Shown piece after piece: positions 39,161-49,689 of a stretch of 64,000 bases of DNA (position 1 is its first letter; each line of letters starts with the position of its first letter). Where the stretch lies: NCBI GenBank assembly GCA_963668645.2, contig CAXXWC010000018.1, positions 256,001 through 320,000 on the forward strand, written 5' to 3'. A program made the position numbers and the translations under genes. Below the pieces are notes generated by a model. That model did no database searches and had not been told where the DNA came from. It saw only the letters and a list, made by a program, of their open reading frames with translations. Source of the stretch: Desulfobacterales bacterium (lineage in GTDB: Bacteria; Desulfobacterota; Desulfobacteria; Desulfobacterales; UBA2174).

Positions 39161-40414
39161 TTGAAATATGGAAGGATTCCATACCGCCCGACGATGCCTC
39201 CCGGCCTGCGTCTGCTGACCGCCTGCCTGCGGGGGACCCTGGGCCGGGGAGAAGATGCCGAAATCCGTGTTTTGTGCGAGCGCTCTTGTGATTGGGACGG
39301 TTTTATCAAGCTGGTGGAACGACACCGGGTCGTTTCTTCGGTTTATCCGGTCCTGAAGCGAGCTGGGGGAGACGGTGTGCCCCAGGCCGTGCTGGCGGAT
39401 CTCGAAGCCGTCTTCCTGCGAAGCGCACATCTGGCTTTGGGGATGGCCGCGGAGCTGGTTCGGCTCGTGAAGCAGTTTGAGAAAGCGGGTATCCCCGCTC
39501 TCCCGTTCAAGGGGCCGGTGGTTGCGCTTCAGGCGTACGGCCAAGTCGGCTCGCGCCATATGAGGGATCTGGACATCATGGTTGCGCCGGGCCGGGCTCT
39601 GGAGGCCGAGGGCATGCTGCGCGGGCAGGGGTATGAGCGGACTCATCCCGGCTTTGAACTGACGCCCCGGCAGACGTCGGCTTACCTGCGGGGCAACCAT
39701 CATTTCGGGTATGTGCATCGAAAGACCGGGATACGGGTCGAACTGCACTGGCGCTTCGGACAAAACCGGCACCTCTTTCCGTTGCGCTTTGGTGACCTGT
39801 GGCGAAAGCGGCAGGTGCTGCAGCTCGGCGGCGTGGCCGTGCCCGCCCTTTCTTGCACGGATACAATTCTTTTGCTATGCACCCATGGCGCCAATCACCA
39901 CTGGTATAGGCTCTTTTGGCTCAATGATGTGGCCCGGCTCGTTGCCCGGAAGGCAGTGGTCGACTGGCACGGACTCATGGTAGATGCAGACCGGCTGGGC
40001 CTCAGCCGTGTGGTGGCCGAGGGCCTGGTGCTGGGCAATTTTCTGCTGGGAAGCCCGTTGCCAGGGCCGGTACAGGTTTACGCCGCCGCAGACAAAAGCC
40101 TGGAAAGACTCACCGCAATGGCGCTGTATCTGATTTACCGGACGGACGGCCCCTCTTTCAAGCCGTTCACCCGACCCTATGTTTTCGACAAGATGCGCAG
40201 TCTCCTGCTTCGGAAGGACCTGCGCTACCGGCTGGGGGGCTTTGCCGCCATGCTGGGGGCGGACAGGCACTATGAGAACTGGGAGCGGGTCCCTTTGCCC
40301 GACCGCCTCTTTCCTCTCTATTACCTGGTTCGGCCCGTCATGTGGTTTTTCAGATGGTATGTCCTGAAAAGCCGGGTTTATCGGGAAGGCGCCACGGGGC
40401 GGAATATACGATGA
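39161..40414 (+). CDS. Lasso-associated nucleotidyltransferase (NTP_transf_5, PsmN-like)
   Basis: FKGP..A..AYG...R..RDLDIMV, VELHW, HGA.H.W.RL.WL.DV; start TTG 39161 or ATG 39194. Confidence 0.88.
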   Translation: MKYGRIPYRPTMPPGLRLLTACLRGTLGRGEDAEIRVLCERSCDWDGFIKLVERHRVVSSVYPVLKRAGGDGVPQAVLADLEAVFLRSAHLALGMAAELVRLVKQFEKAGIPALPFKGPVVALQAYGQVGSRHMRDLDIMVAPGRALEAEGMLRGQGYERTHPGFELTPRQTSAYLRGNHHFGYVHRKTGIRVELHWRFGQNRHLFPLRFGDLWRKRQVLQLGGVAVPALSCTDTILLLCTHGANHHWYRLFWLNDVARLVARKAVVDWHGLMVDADRLGLSRVVAEGLVLGNFLLGSPLPGPVQVYAAADKSLERLTAMALYLIYRTDGPSFKPFTRPYVFDKMRSLLLRKDLRYRLGGFAAMLGADRHYENWERVPLPDRLFPLYYLVRPVMWFFRWYVLKSRVYREGATGRNIR

Positions 40415-42162
40415 AGGTCGATAAAGCCCGTAGCGGCCGCCTGCCCATCTACTATGCCAAAACCCTATTCCGGTACGCGAAGTACCGGGTATGGTTGTCG
40501 CTCGGTCTGATGGTCTTTTCGGGATTGACCCAGGGGGTGGGGCTGGTGATGCTGATCCCTTTTCTGGGTCTGATCGGCCTGGGAGGAGCTGACGGGCCGG
40601 GTGGCCTAACTGCGCATGCCGGCCGCATTTTCGGCTGGTTCAATCTGGATTTGAACCTTGTGACGGTCTTGTGTCTGTATGTATGCATTATCGCGATCTA
40701 TGCCGCGGCGACACGGTATCAGACCGTCCTGAATACCCGGATCGTCTACGGGTTCACGCAGGCGCTCAGGGATCGTCTATACCGATCGCTCTGCCGGGCC
40801 GAATGGCTCTGCCTGCTGCGTACCCGGTCCTCGGATGTCACCCAGGCCTTGACTAGTGACACCCAACGCGTGGGCTTTGCCACCCAGCAACTACTGCATC
40901 TGGGCAGCACTCTCATCATTGCCAGCGTCCACATCTGGGTCTCCCTGATCATCTCCCCCCCCATGACCCTGTTCGCGCTCGCCTGCGTCGGGGGCTTTCT
41001 CCTTTTGCTCCGCCCACTCAATCGAACGGCCCACGGCACAGGTGAGGCACTGAGGGGGAACATGACCAAACTGTATGGAGAGGTCACCGAACATCTGGGC
41101 GGCATGAAGCTCGCCAGGAGCTACAGCTTAGATGAGGTTCATGAGGAAAATTTCAGCGGGATCACCCGGGGCGTCACCGATCAGATGGTCCGGTTTATCA
41201 GGATCAATTCGGCGACGCGCATGATTTATGAAATCGGAGCGGCCGTGGTCCTGGCGATTTTTTTCTTTATTGCGGTGGAAATCTACCGTATGCCTGCGGA
41301 CAGTCTGCTGATCATCGTTTTTCTGTTTGCCCGTCTCCTGCCCAGGTTTTCTTCAATGCAGCAGTCCGCACAACGGATCGTCAATACCCTGCCGTCGTTT
41401 CAGGCGGTACTCGACATGAAAGAACGGTTTGAGGCCGCAGGGGAACCACCGCCATCCGGCGTCGCGAAACGGGTCGGGCTGGAAGGGGAAATCGGCATCT
41501 CCCACGTCTTTTTCCGGTACGACCGGAATTTCGAGACGTGGGCCCTTCGGGATGTGAGTCTGGTTGTTCCCGCCCGGGGGATGACGGCCCTTGTGGGACC
41601 GTCCGGGGCAGGGAAGAGCACCCTGGCGGATTTGATCCTGGGGCTTCTCTCACCGGAACGGGGGAGCATAACCATCGACGGCCGTCCCCTGAAGGACGGT
41701 TTTGTGCACGCCTGGCGGCGCTCGGTCGGGTATGTGCCCCAGGACACCTTTTTGTTCCACGACACGATTCGTGCCAACCTGCTCTGGGCCATGCCGAATG
41801 CAACGGAAGAAGATCTCTGGGCCGCGCTTGAACTGGCATCGGCCCGTGATTTCGTATCCCGATTGCCCCAGGGGATCGATACGGTGGTGGGGGACCGGGG
41901 GATGCGGGTTTCAGGCGGTGAACGCCAGCGGATCGCCCTGGCCCGGGCCCTGCTGCGTAAACCGACCCTTCTGTTGCTGGATGAGGCCACCAGTTCCGTG
42001 GATTCGGAAAGCGAGCGGCGGATTCAGCAGGCCGTCAACAAAATTCGCGGCGGACTGACCATTGTCGTGATCGCCCACCGGTCTTCCACTATCCTGATGG
42101 CCGACACGGTTGCAACCCTTGATAAGGGGACGATCGTGGATGGTTCTGCGGTATTTTCTTAA
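40411..42162 (+). CDS. ABC exporter (fused TMD-NBD), lasso D-type
   Basis: TM helices, GPSGAGKST, VSGGERQR, LLLLDEATS; ATGA overlap with the upstream gene. Confidence 0.9.
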   Translation: MKVDKARSGRLPIYYAKTLFRYAKYRVWLSLGLMVFSGLTQGVGLVMLIPFLGLIGLGGADGPGGLTAHAGRIFGWFNLDLNLVTVLCLYVCIIAIYAAATRYQTVLNTRIVYGFTQALRDRLYRSLCRAEWLCLLRTRSSDVTQALTSDTQRVGFATQQLLHLGSTLIIASVHIWVSLIISPPMTLFALACVGGFLLLLRPLNRTAHGTGEALRGNMTKLYGEVTEHLGGMKLARSYSLDEVHEENFSGITRGVTDQMVRFIRINSATRMIYEIGAAVVLAIFFFIAVEIYRMPADSLLIIVFLFARLLPRFSSMQQSAQRIVNTLPSFQAVLDMKERFEAAGEPPPSGVAKRVGLEGEIGISHVFFRYDRNFETWALRDVSLVVPARGMTALVGPSGAGKSTLADLILGLLSPERGSITIDGRPLKDGFVHAWRRSVGYVPQDTFLFHDTIRANLLWAMPNATEEDLWAALELASARDFVSRLPQGIDTVVGDRGMRVSGGERQRIALARALLRKPTLLLLDEATSSVDSESERRIQQAVNKIRGGLTIVVIAHRSSTILMADTVATLDKGTIVDGSAVFS

Positions 42163-42247
42163 TTCGGATATGGGTGCTACCCCCTGTGTCAGGATAGTTG
42201 TCGCATGAACTGAGATCCTTTATAAGAGGGGCGCAGGAGGTTCATGC

Positions 42248-42742
42248 ATGCGATATTCACCAGAGCGTAAGGAAGCGGTTCTCAAAAAGATGATGCCGCC
42301 GCACAACCGAACGATCAAACATCTGGCTGTCGAAGAAGGCATAAGTGAAGCCACGTTATACAATTGGCGCCAGCAAGCCCGGACGAAAGGGATTTTGATG
42401 CCTGACGGCGATGCCGGTCCCGAGGGCTGGAATGCCCGTGACAAGTTCGCGGCTGTCATGGAAAGCGCCTCTTTGAACGAACAGCAAACGGCCGAATACT
42501 GTAGACAAAAAGGCATTTATCCACATCAGTTGGAACAATGGCGCAGGGCCTGTGAAGATGCCAACGACTGGGACAGACAGGCCAACATTAAACTCAAGGC
42601 CGAGCAGAATACCCACCGTAAGCGTATCAGGGATCTTGAAAAAGAACTCCATCGCAAGGACAAGGCCCTTGCCGAAGCGGCAGCCCTGCTGGTGCTGCAA
42701 AAAAAAGTCCAGGCGATCTGGGGGGCCCCCGAGGACGAATGA
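42248..42742 (+). CDS. IS3 transposase OrfA
   Basis: HTH GISEATLYNWR; A8G -1 frameshift motif at 42699-42707. Confidence 0.88.
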   Translation: MRYSPERKEAVLKKMMPPHNRTIKHLAVEEGISEATLYNWRQQARTKGILMPDGDAGPEGWNARDKFAAVMESASLNEQQTAEYCRQKGIYPHQLEQWRRACEDANDWDRQANIKLKAEQNTHRKRIRDLEKELHRKDKALAEAAALLVLQKKVQAIWGAPEDE

Positions 42743-43806
42743 TCAGCACCGCTGATCGCCGTAAAACTGTATCGCTGATCAATGACGCGTGCCGCGATGG
42801 TGCCCGCTTGGCGCAGGCCTGTCGGGTAATTGATATCAGTATCCGAACCTACCAGCGCTGGACCCGAAGCGGAGAAGTCCAACCGGACACCCGTTCGACC
42901 ATCGCGCGGCCGGAACCGGCAAATAAACTGACACTAAAAGAAAGGCAGCAAGTTCTGGATGTCTGTCACCAGCCTGAATATGCCAGTCTGGCCCCAGGCC
43001 AGATCGTGCCCATCCTGGCCGATCAGGGTATCTATATCGCGTCCGAATCGAGTTTTTACCGGATCCTTCGTGACGCCGATGAACAACATCACCGCGGCAG
43101 GAGTGCCAAACCGCATCACCATAAGCGCCCAGCGGGCTATTGCGCCACAGGGCCGAATCAGGTCTGGAGTTGGGATATAACGTGGCTGCCATCACCAATC
43201 CGGGGCATGTTCTATTACCTGTACATGATTGTGGATGTTTACAGCCGGAAAATCGTCGGTTGGGAAGTCCAACCGATGGAAAGCGCCAACCTTGCCGCAT
43301 CGTTGCTTCACAAGGCGGTTATGGCCCAGGGGTGCCTGCTTGATCCGCCCGTGCTGCATGCAGACAATGGGAGTGCTCAAAAGGGCTTTACCATGAAAGC
43401 GAAAATGGAGGCGCTGGGTGTAACCCCGTCCTACAGCCGGCCGAGAGTGAGCAATGACAACCCTTACTCGGAAGCGCTGTTTCGCACCTTCAAATATCGT
43501 CCGCAATATCCGGTCAAGGGATTTGAAAGCATTGAAGCCTCCCGGCAGTGGGTGGACCGTTTCGTTAAATGGTACAACGAGCAACACCGCCACAGCGCGA
43601 TTCGATATGTCACCCCCGACCAGCGTCATACGGGAAAAGACATCGAGATCCTTGCCAGTCGCCACCAGATCTATGAACAGGCCAAAAAACGTCGGCACGA
43701 TCGGTGGAGCGGCTCAACGCGCAACTGGGAACCGATCCGGCAAGTCTGGCTGAACTGCCCGGACAACGGACAACCCAACGTATCGGCTTGTTCAAAGGCC
43801 GCGTGA
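42739..43806 (+). CDS. IS3 transposase OrfB (DDE)
   Basis: WSWDITW, LHADNG, NDNPYSEALF. Confidence 0.92.
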   Translation: MISTADRRKTVSLINDACRDGARLAQACRVIDISIRTYQRWTRSGEVQPDTRSTIARPEPANKLTLKERQQVLDVCHQPEYASLAPGQIVPILADQGIYIASESSFYRILRDADEQHHRGRSAKPHHHKRPAGYCATGPNQVWSWDITWLPSPIRGMFYYLYMIVDVYSRKIVGWEVQPMESANLAASLLHKAVMAQGCLLDPPVLHADNGSAQKGFTMKAKMEALGVTPSYSRPRVSNDNPYSEALFRTFKYRPQYPVKGFESIEASRQWVDRFVKWYNEQHRHSAIRYVTPDQRHTGKDIEILASRHQIYEQAKKRRHDRWSGSTRNWEPIRQVWLNCPDNGQPNVSACSKAA

Positions 43807-44109
43807 TGAGAAATGATTTTCAAAGAGCGATTGAAAAATCGAGATGATGCCAATCATCTCGATATGAGCCCACGAGCCGGAAGCCTTGGCAATGTCAAGG
43901 GCGCGCAGCGTTCATCTTGACCCTTGACATTGCCAAGGCTGGAGGCTACCGCGCAGATGATGTGGAACATGGCCGCCAGCTTTGAGAATGTTTTTCCAAA
44001 AAAGGCGACATCTACCTTGACAGACACCGGCTATGTCTCGACGTCAGGAGCTTTCGGCAAGCATGTGCTGGATGGTAAACATTGAAAACGTAAAGGTGTA
44101 ACGACTGCC

Positions 44110-45093
44110 ATGATTCAGGAAATCGTCAAAAATCTGTTCCGCATTCAGGTTCCTCTGCCCAACACTCCGTTGAAATCCCTCAACAGCTATGTCGTGCGGA
44201 ACGGGGAACGAAGCCTTATCGTGGACACCGGTCTTAACCACGATGTCTGCTTTCAAGCGCTCCAGGAGGGGCTGAAGGCCCTCGACGTGGATGCGGCCAA
44301 AGCCGACATTTTCATCACCCACCTGCACGCAGATCACTTCGGGCTGGTGACCCGGATGGCGACCGAGGATACCCGGGTATACTTCAACCGGCCGGATGCG
44401 GAGATCGTCGAGTCGTGGGAAGGCTTAGGCCCTATGCTCGAGCATGCCGGGCGCAATGGATTTCCAGTTGACCGCCTTCAAGCCGCCCTGGAGGCCCATC
44501 CGGCCAACCGGTACGGTTCGGACTGGATCCCGCCGTTGGAGGTTCTCGCGGACGGGGACATCATCAGGGTAGGGGACTTCGAATTCCACTGCGTATCCAC
44601 GCCGGGCCACAGCATGGGGCATATGTGCCTCTATGAGCCGAATCAGGAACTGTTGATTGCCGGCGACCATATCCTTATCGATATCACCCCCAACATTCAA
44701 TGCTGGTCGGACCGGCAAAATCCCCTCAAGAACTATCTGGAGAGCCTGGAGAAGATCGCCGCCATGAAAGTGAAGAAGACCCTGCCGGGTCATCGGCGCC
44801 TGATGGACGACCCGGGTCCGAGGATCCGAGAACTGCAAGCCCATCACCGGGCCCGGCTTGACGAGGTGGTGGAGATTCTTGCCGGCGGTCCACAGAACGC
44901 CTATCATACCGCCGCCCGGATGACCTGGGACATCAAGGCCGAAAACTGGGACGCTTTTCCCGTGGCCCAGCAGTGGTTTGCCACCGGAGAAGCCCTGTCG
45001 CATCTGAGATACCTGGAAGAGGCGGGAAAGATCGTCAGGTCGGAATCCAAGGGGGTTATCCAATTTGCAATCCGCCGCATCGGGATAGACTGA
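44110..45093 (+). CDS. MBL-fold metallo-hydrolase
   Basis: THLHADHFG, TPGHS, GDH, PGH. Confidence 0.9.
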   Translation: MIQEIVKNLFRIQVPLPNTPLKSLNSYVVRNGERSLIVDTGLNHDVCFQALQEGLKALDVDAAKADIFITHLHADHFGLVTRMATEDTRVYFNRPDAEIVESWEGLGPMLEHAGRNGFPVDRLQAALEAHPANRYGSDWIPPLEVLADGDIIRVGDFEFHCVSTPGHSMGHMCLYEPNQELLIAGDHILIDITPNIQCWSDRQNPLKNYLESLEKIAAMKVKKTLPGHRRLMDDPGPRIRELQAHHRARLDEVVEILAGGPQNAYHTAARMTWDIKAENWDAFPVAQQWFATGEALSHLRYLEEAGKIVRSESKGVIQFAIRRIGID

Positions 45094-45094
45094 A

Positions 45095-45619
45095 ATGGCG
45101 CAAGACCGGTCGTTGAAAAATATCGGCCTGATTGGCATGCCCGGAGCCGGCAAGAGTACGGTGGGGGTGCTGCTGGCCAAGCGGTGCGCCCTGGCCTTTA
45201 CCGACACGGACCTGCTGATCCAGACCGGTGAGGGGCGGCGCCTGGAGGAGATCATCCGGCGGGTCGGCATCGAGGGGTTCTGCGATCTCGAGGCGCGCTA
45301 CCTGATCGATTTGAGGGAAACGAGCGGGGTGATCGCCACCGGCGGCTCGGTGGTCTACCGCCCTGGTGGCATGGCCCGGCTCAAGGCCCTGGGGCCGGTA
45401 CTCTATTTGAACGTGCCGCCGCCGGTGCTGGCCGAGCGGCTCGGGGACCTGGACCAGCGGGGCGTGATCCGCGGCCCGGGCCAAACCTTGGAGGACCTGC
45501 ACCGCGAGCGCGATCCGCTCTACCGGCGCTATGCCGATCATGTCGTCGATTGCGGTGACCTGGTGCCGGAGCGCGTGGTGGAGCGGATCCTGGCACAACT
45601 GGCCGTCGATGAGCCTTAA
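45095..45619 (+). CDS. aroK: Shikimate kinase
   Basis: GMPGAGKST, DTD, IATGGSVV, ERDPLY. Confidence 0.9.
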   Translation: MAQDRSLKNIGLIGMPGAGKSTVGVLLAKRCALAFTDTDLLIQTGEGRRLEEIIRRVGIEGFCDLEARYLIDLRETSGVIATGGSVVYRPGGMARLKALGPVLYLNVPPPVLAERLGDLDQRGVIRGPGQTLEDLHRERDPLYRRYADHVVDCGDLVPERVVERILAQLAVDEP

Positions 45620-45671
45620 TCAGAGTAAATAAATAACTCGCTGTTTTAAGATTGACATCAGGTTTTCCCGG

Positions 45672-45706
45672 AGGGTAGCTGGCCATTGCCGGCTACCCTT
45701 ACTTTT
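45672..45706. terminator. Hairpin between convergent aroK and iclR genes
   Basis: AGGGTAGCTGGC-CATT-GCCGGCTACCCT followed by a T-rich tract. Confidence 0.6.
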
Positions 45707-46464
45707 TACACACGACTATCCCCGGAGACCTCTTCTGCAATTTCTAACAAATCCCTTAAAATGTTTTTATCTTGCTTTTTTAGCTCAGCATCTTCTTCTG
45801 TAAAAGATACCCCCAATGACGCCTCGACCTTCTTGTTGATTATTATTGGTACAGCATAATTATACCATCCGATTGAAAATTGATTGTGTGCTGTAGCATA
45901 TCCTTGTTTTTTGTATTCTATGAATTTTTTTTGTAATATTTCTTTGTCTGTAATCGTGTGTTTGTTGAATTTTCTAATATCGGAAGCTTCAAGAATTCTT
46001 TTTCTCTCTTCTTCGCTCATAAATGCTAAAAAACAACGCCCTAGTCCCGAACAATAAGCAGGTAAGCGGGTACCGATTTTATAATCAATATTTGATAAAG
46101 ATGAACCAATAATTCTCTCGATAAAAATTATATCCGTGCCATCAAAAATGGCTAAACTAACATTTATATCATACTTTCTGTTCATCCGAAGCATATATGG
46201 ATGCAGCCTCTTCCTTAAATCAATATTATTTAAAAAAGTAAAACCTAAGGAGAGTACTTTGCTGGTAAGTGAATACCTTTTTGTCTCCATATCAATGTCT
46301 AAATAGCCCAAATCTATCAACGTTCTAATATAACGAGTGGTTGAGGGCATATTCATTTTGGTGAATTTTGATATTTCGCTTAGACTGAGCGACTTTTGTC
46401 TATAATTAAACGCCTCCAGGACGCTTAATCCCTTTTCGAGCGCAAATACAAAATACCGTGCCAT
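45706..46464 (-). CDS. IclR-family transcriptional regulator
   Basis: ALEKGLSVLEAF HTH; GTRLPAYCSGLGR. Confidence 0.9.
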   Translation of the reverse strand: MARYFVFALEKGLSVLEAFNYRQKSLSLSEISKFTKMNMPSTTRYIRTLIDLGYLDIDMETKRYSLTSKVLSLGFTFLNNIDLRKRLHPYMLRMNRKYDINVSLAIFDGTDIIFIERIIGSSLSNIDYKIGTRLPAYCSGLGRCFLAFMSEEERKRILEASDIRKFNKHTITDKEILQKKFIEYKKQGYATAHNQFSIGWYNYAVPIIINKKVEASLGVSFTEEDAELKKQDKNILRDLLEIAEEVSGDSRV

Positions 46465-46677
46465 GCTGTTCCCTTCCAATCTTGACTCGCTCGTAACAAA
46501 TCAAACAAATGTTGTTGATTTTTGTGATTTGTCCTCTCCAATGTAACGGTCTGTATTTATAGAAATATGTATACTGTAATGAGAAATATTTGTCAAGAGG
46601 GGAGAGAATCTTTACTTGAATTATTGCAGCTTATGGAATCTGATCTTTCGCGAAATCATCAATCTTTTTGCCATTTT

Positions 46678-47976
46678 TTAGGTGATGGCATACCTGAAAT
46701 TCTGGAAGCCCCCTTCCGTGTCAAATTGCATTTCAGCAGGTTGATCATCGAGAATATCGAGGAACTCGTTCCTCTTTGCTTCTTCATGCAGCGAATCTGA
46801 AATTGCGATTGTTTCAATATCTCTGGTGTTTTGTATATAAACTAGGCGCAGTTCATTGTCGCTTCCCAATCCTGCCGTTCTGATTCCGGCTTCGATCGCC
46901 TCTTTGTCATTTTGCATGACGCACGGGATCGCACCGTGCTCCGGTGACATAGATATGATACAATTTTTTGATGTTACATCGATATCCATCTCCTCATAGA
47001 CTCGCTTGGTCGTCAGATCCGCCAAACCGATACCGAGCGCATTTCCATGAGTCCCCTGTGTAAGGCTCAGGACCACGATCCGATCTATGGCGGGGCTTTG
47101 GGGTTCATTTTGATGAATCAGGCGCCTTCTTCCAAGAATACGGCCATCCATTCCAGAGCCGATGATATCTTTTCCAATTTCTCCTACCACCAAGACATGC
47201 AGCCTTTCAAACGGGAGTTTAATCGCCATACTTTTGGCCTTTACGAGAAGTTTTTTCTCCTCCTCATAGATCGAACAAGGCTCTATGCATTTGATGATAG
47301 CCGCCTTTCCTTTCCAGTTTTCAACAATTCCTACGCCGCAGAGCACAGAGATTTTTTCCATTATGGCCGTTCCGACTCCGTAAATGACCTTTTCATATCC
47401 ATGGATCATGGCATGAGTATGGGCAACAGTCGCCCCCTCCGGACCACCCAGCCCAATGGTAACCATCTTGTGAAGGCCGCTTTCAATTTCACCACTGAAA
47501 TCAGTGTGCTTTTTGATCTTGTTGACGACAATGGTATAATCTGCTTCCAGAGCCAAGCGATTGCAAAAAGCCGGTGTGCCAAAGTTTGTTTCTCCCACCA
47601 GGACCGACTCTATACAAGGAGTTATAGACGCACCTACTGTAGACTCCGTTATCCCCAGGCCTTTCAACACATCGACCTGTCCCTGTTCTGTGCATCCTCC
47701 GTGGCTCCCCATGGCTGGGAGAACAAACGGGCTCCCTCCCTCTTTTTTTACAAACTCAACAATTGTTTTGATAACTTCCGCAATGGCATCTATGCCTCGA
47801 CTTCCCCCTGTAATACAAACGCTTTTCCCTTCGAGTTGTCTTGGCTTTAAACTGATTCGCCCTAACTCTTCTGAAACCTTTTTCGGCACATCTTCAATTC
47901 GATATGCCGGATATGTCTGCCGTACTCTGTAAAGCCGGGGAAATTGATGCCCATATCCATAATTTTTATCGTTCAT
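46678..47976 (-). CDS. Lactate-racemase (LarA/DUF2088)-domain protein
   Basis: GSRGI, PAMGSHGG, KKHTDF..IESGLHKM..IGLG, GSGMD, GNALGIG. Confidence 0.75.
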   Translation of the reverse strand: MNDKNYGYGHQFPRLYRVRQTYPAYRIEDVPKKVSEELGRISLKPRQLEGKSVCITGGSRGIDAIAEVIKTIVEFVKKEGGSPFVLPAMGSHGGCTEQGQVDVLKGLGITESTVGASITPCIESVLVGETNFGTPAFCNRLALEADYTIVVNKIKKHTDFSGEIESGLHKMVTIGLGGPEGATVAHTHAMIHGYEKVIYGVGTAIMEKISVLCGVGIVENWKGKAAIIKCIEPCSIYEEEKKLLVKAKSMAIKLPFERLHVLVVGEIGKDIIGSGMDGRILGRRRLIHQNEPQSPAIDRIVVLSLTQGTHGNALGIGLADLTTKRVYEEMDIDVTSKNCIISMSPEHGAIPCVMQNDKEAIEAGIRTAGLGSDNELRLVYIQNTRDIETIAISDSLHEEAKRNEFLDILDDQPAEMQFDTEGGFQNFRYAIT

Positions 47977-47996
47977 TATTTTTCTTCTGTCGCTGA

Positions 47997-48313
47997 ATCA
48001 TTTACGACGACGACCGGCTTCTCAAGCGTTATGCCGAGAACCCTCAACGGGCCGCTGGATCACCGATTCGCGAAAGCCATACTGGGAACAGAACTCAAGG
48101 CACCCTACGGGCCGCCACAAGGCCAATGCGAGGTGCAGGCTGGTCAACCTCTATCCCCCAGATAGCCTACCGGCCATTGGCGGCTTAGGAGCCGTTTGCC
48201 AGATCGGAAGTGGCGTATGGACCAGCTGATCAGCGAACGGTTACGAGACAATCTGTAATGGCGGCTCTCAAGCTCATCCAAACGGCCGCGCGATGTCTTG
48301 GTCGCTTTCCTGT
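47997..48313 (+). pseudogene. Older degenerate IS21 remnant, left part (istA tail and istB start)
   Basis: ATTTACGACGACGACCGGCT and ATGGACCAGCTGAT..GACAATCTG match the intact copy at ~49435 and 49677, with indels. Confidence 0.85.
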
Positions 48314-48414
48314 TGTCACTGGTAATGCAAAAATGTACCAAAAAAGGGAATGAAAAGTGTACCACCTCCGTGGCCGGATCATGGTAGGACCCTCCAAGAA
48401 AGGAGGGCTTCGCC

Positions 48415-49689
48415 ATGATCGCAAGGGAGGTCTTCATGGACATTCTTTCCTATTACCGCCAAGGGTTGTCTCAGCGAGCCATCTCGCGAAAGCTTGGCAT
48501 TCACCGCGACACGGTAAAAAAGTATATCTCTCAGCCCCAGGCGCCGGAGTACTCAAAAACCAGCAAAAGGGAGTCGATCCTGGCGCCGTTCTACCAGATG
48601 ATTGAAGACTGGCTGGCCCAAGATGACTATCGGGCTGCCTGGATCTTCCAGAGGATCAAAGATCTTGGATATTCAGGCAGCTACGATACGGTCAAGCCGT
48701 TTGTGCGATCCATCAAAGCCCGCAACCGGCGCCAGGCCTACCTGCGCTTCGAGACCGTGCCCGGGCTCCAGGGGCAGGTCGATTGGGGCGATTTCAAGGT
48801 CAGTGCGGCCGGCGCCGTGGATCTGACGCTTTACCTCTTTGTCCTCGTATTAGGCTTTTCGCGCGCCATGTATGCCGAATTCGTCAGCCAATGCACCCTC
48901 CAAGCATTCATGGATGCCCACATACACGCCTTTAAATACCTGTGCGGTGTGCCTTTCGAGCTGCTCTACGACAACATGCGCAACGTCTTTTCCGGCCGTC
49001 AGAACGCAAAGCCGGTCATCAACGTCGAGTTTACGCATTTTGCCAACCACTACGGTTTCAAGCCGATCCTCTGTGCGCCTTACAGCCCCTGGGTCAAGGG
49101 AAAGGTGGAACGGCCGATGGACTACATCCGCGAAGCCTTCTGGAGAGGCTACCGCTTTACCAGCCTGGAGGCGGCCAACCACGATCTTCTACAGTGGCTT
49201 TCCCAGACGGCCAACCGGCGCACACACGGCACCCACCGCCAGCCGGTGGACATGCGCTGGCAGCAGGAGGTCAAGAGCCTCAGCCCGGTCATGCCCGACT
49301 ACGACACCGCCATCAAGGTCTATCGCAAGGTCTACAAGGACTGCATGGTCTCCTACAACGCCAGCCGCTACCAAGTCCCTCCGGAAGCGGTGGGCAAGAA
49401 AGTGTTGTTGAAGATCAAAGACGGCGCCGTGCGGATTTACGACGACGACCGGCTGCTCAAGACCTATGCCCAGAGCGATGAAAAGGGCCGATGGATGACC
49501 GATCCGGCCATCATCAAGCAGATCCTCGATCTGCGCCGCGAACAGCCCTGTCAGCCGCCCTACGGCCGCCCCAAGGGCAAAGCCACCCGCGGCCTAGTCA
49601 ACGCCAGTCTCTTTCCCCAGGTAGCCTGTCGGCCGCTGTCCGAGTATGAACAGTTTGCCCAGAAAGGAGGCGGGGTATGGACCAGCTGA
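48415..49689 (+). CDS. istA: IS21 transposase
   Basis: HTH, RFETVPG..GQVDWG, LYDNM, KGKVER. Confidence 0.95.
   Translation: MIAREVFMDILSYYRQGLSQRAISRKLGIHRDTVKKYISQPQAPEYSKTSKRESILAPFYQMIEDWLAQDDYRAAWIFQRIKDLGYSGSYDTVKPFVRSIKARNRRQAYLRFETVPGLQGQVDWGDFKVSAAGAVDLTLYLFVLVLGFSRAMYAEFVSQCTLQAFMDAHIHAFKYLCGVPFELLYDNMRNVFSGRQNAKPVINVEFTHFANHYGFKPILCAPYSPWVKGKVERPMDYIREAFWRGYRFTSLEAANHDLLQWLSQTANRRTHGTHRQPVDMRWQQEVKSLSPVMPDYDTAIKVYRKVYKDCMVSYNASRYQVPPEAVGKKVLLKIKDGAVRIYDDDRLLKTYAQSDEKGRWMTDPAIIKQILDLRREQPCQPPYGRPKGKATRGLVNASLFPQVACRPLSEYEQFAQKGGGVWTS

Larger units (their letters stand above)
42180..44030 (+). mobile_element. IS3-family insertion sequence
   Basis: Imperfect inverted ends TGTCAGGATAGTTGTCGC (42187-42204) / GCGACATCTACCTTGACA (44005-44022); orfA and orfB; exact ends uncertain. 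Confidence 0.88.
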
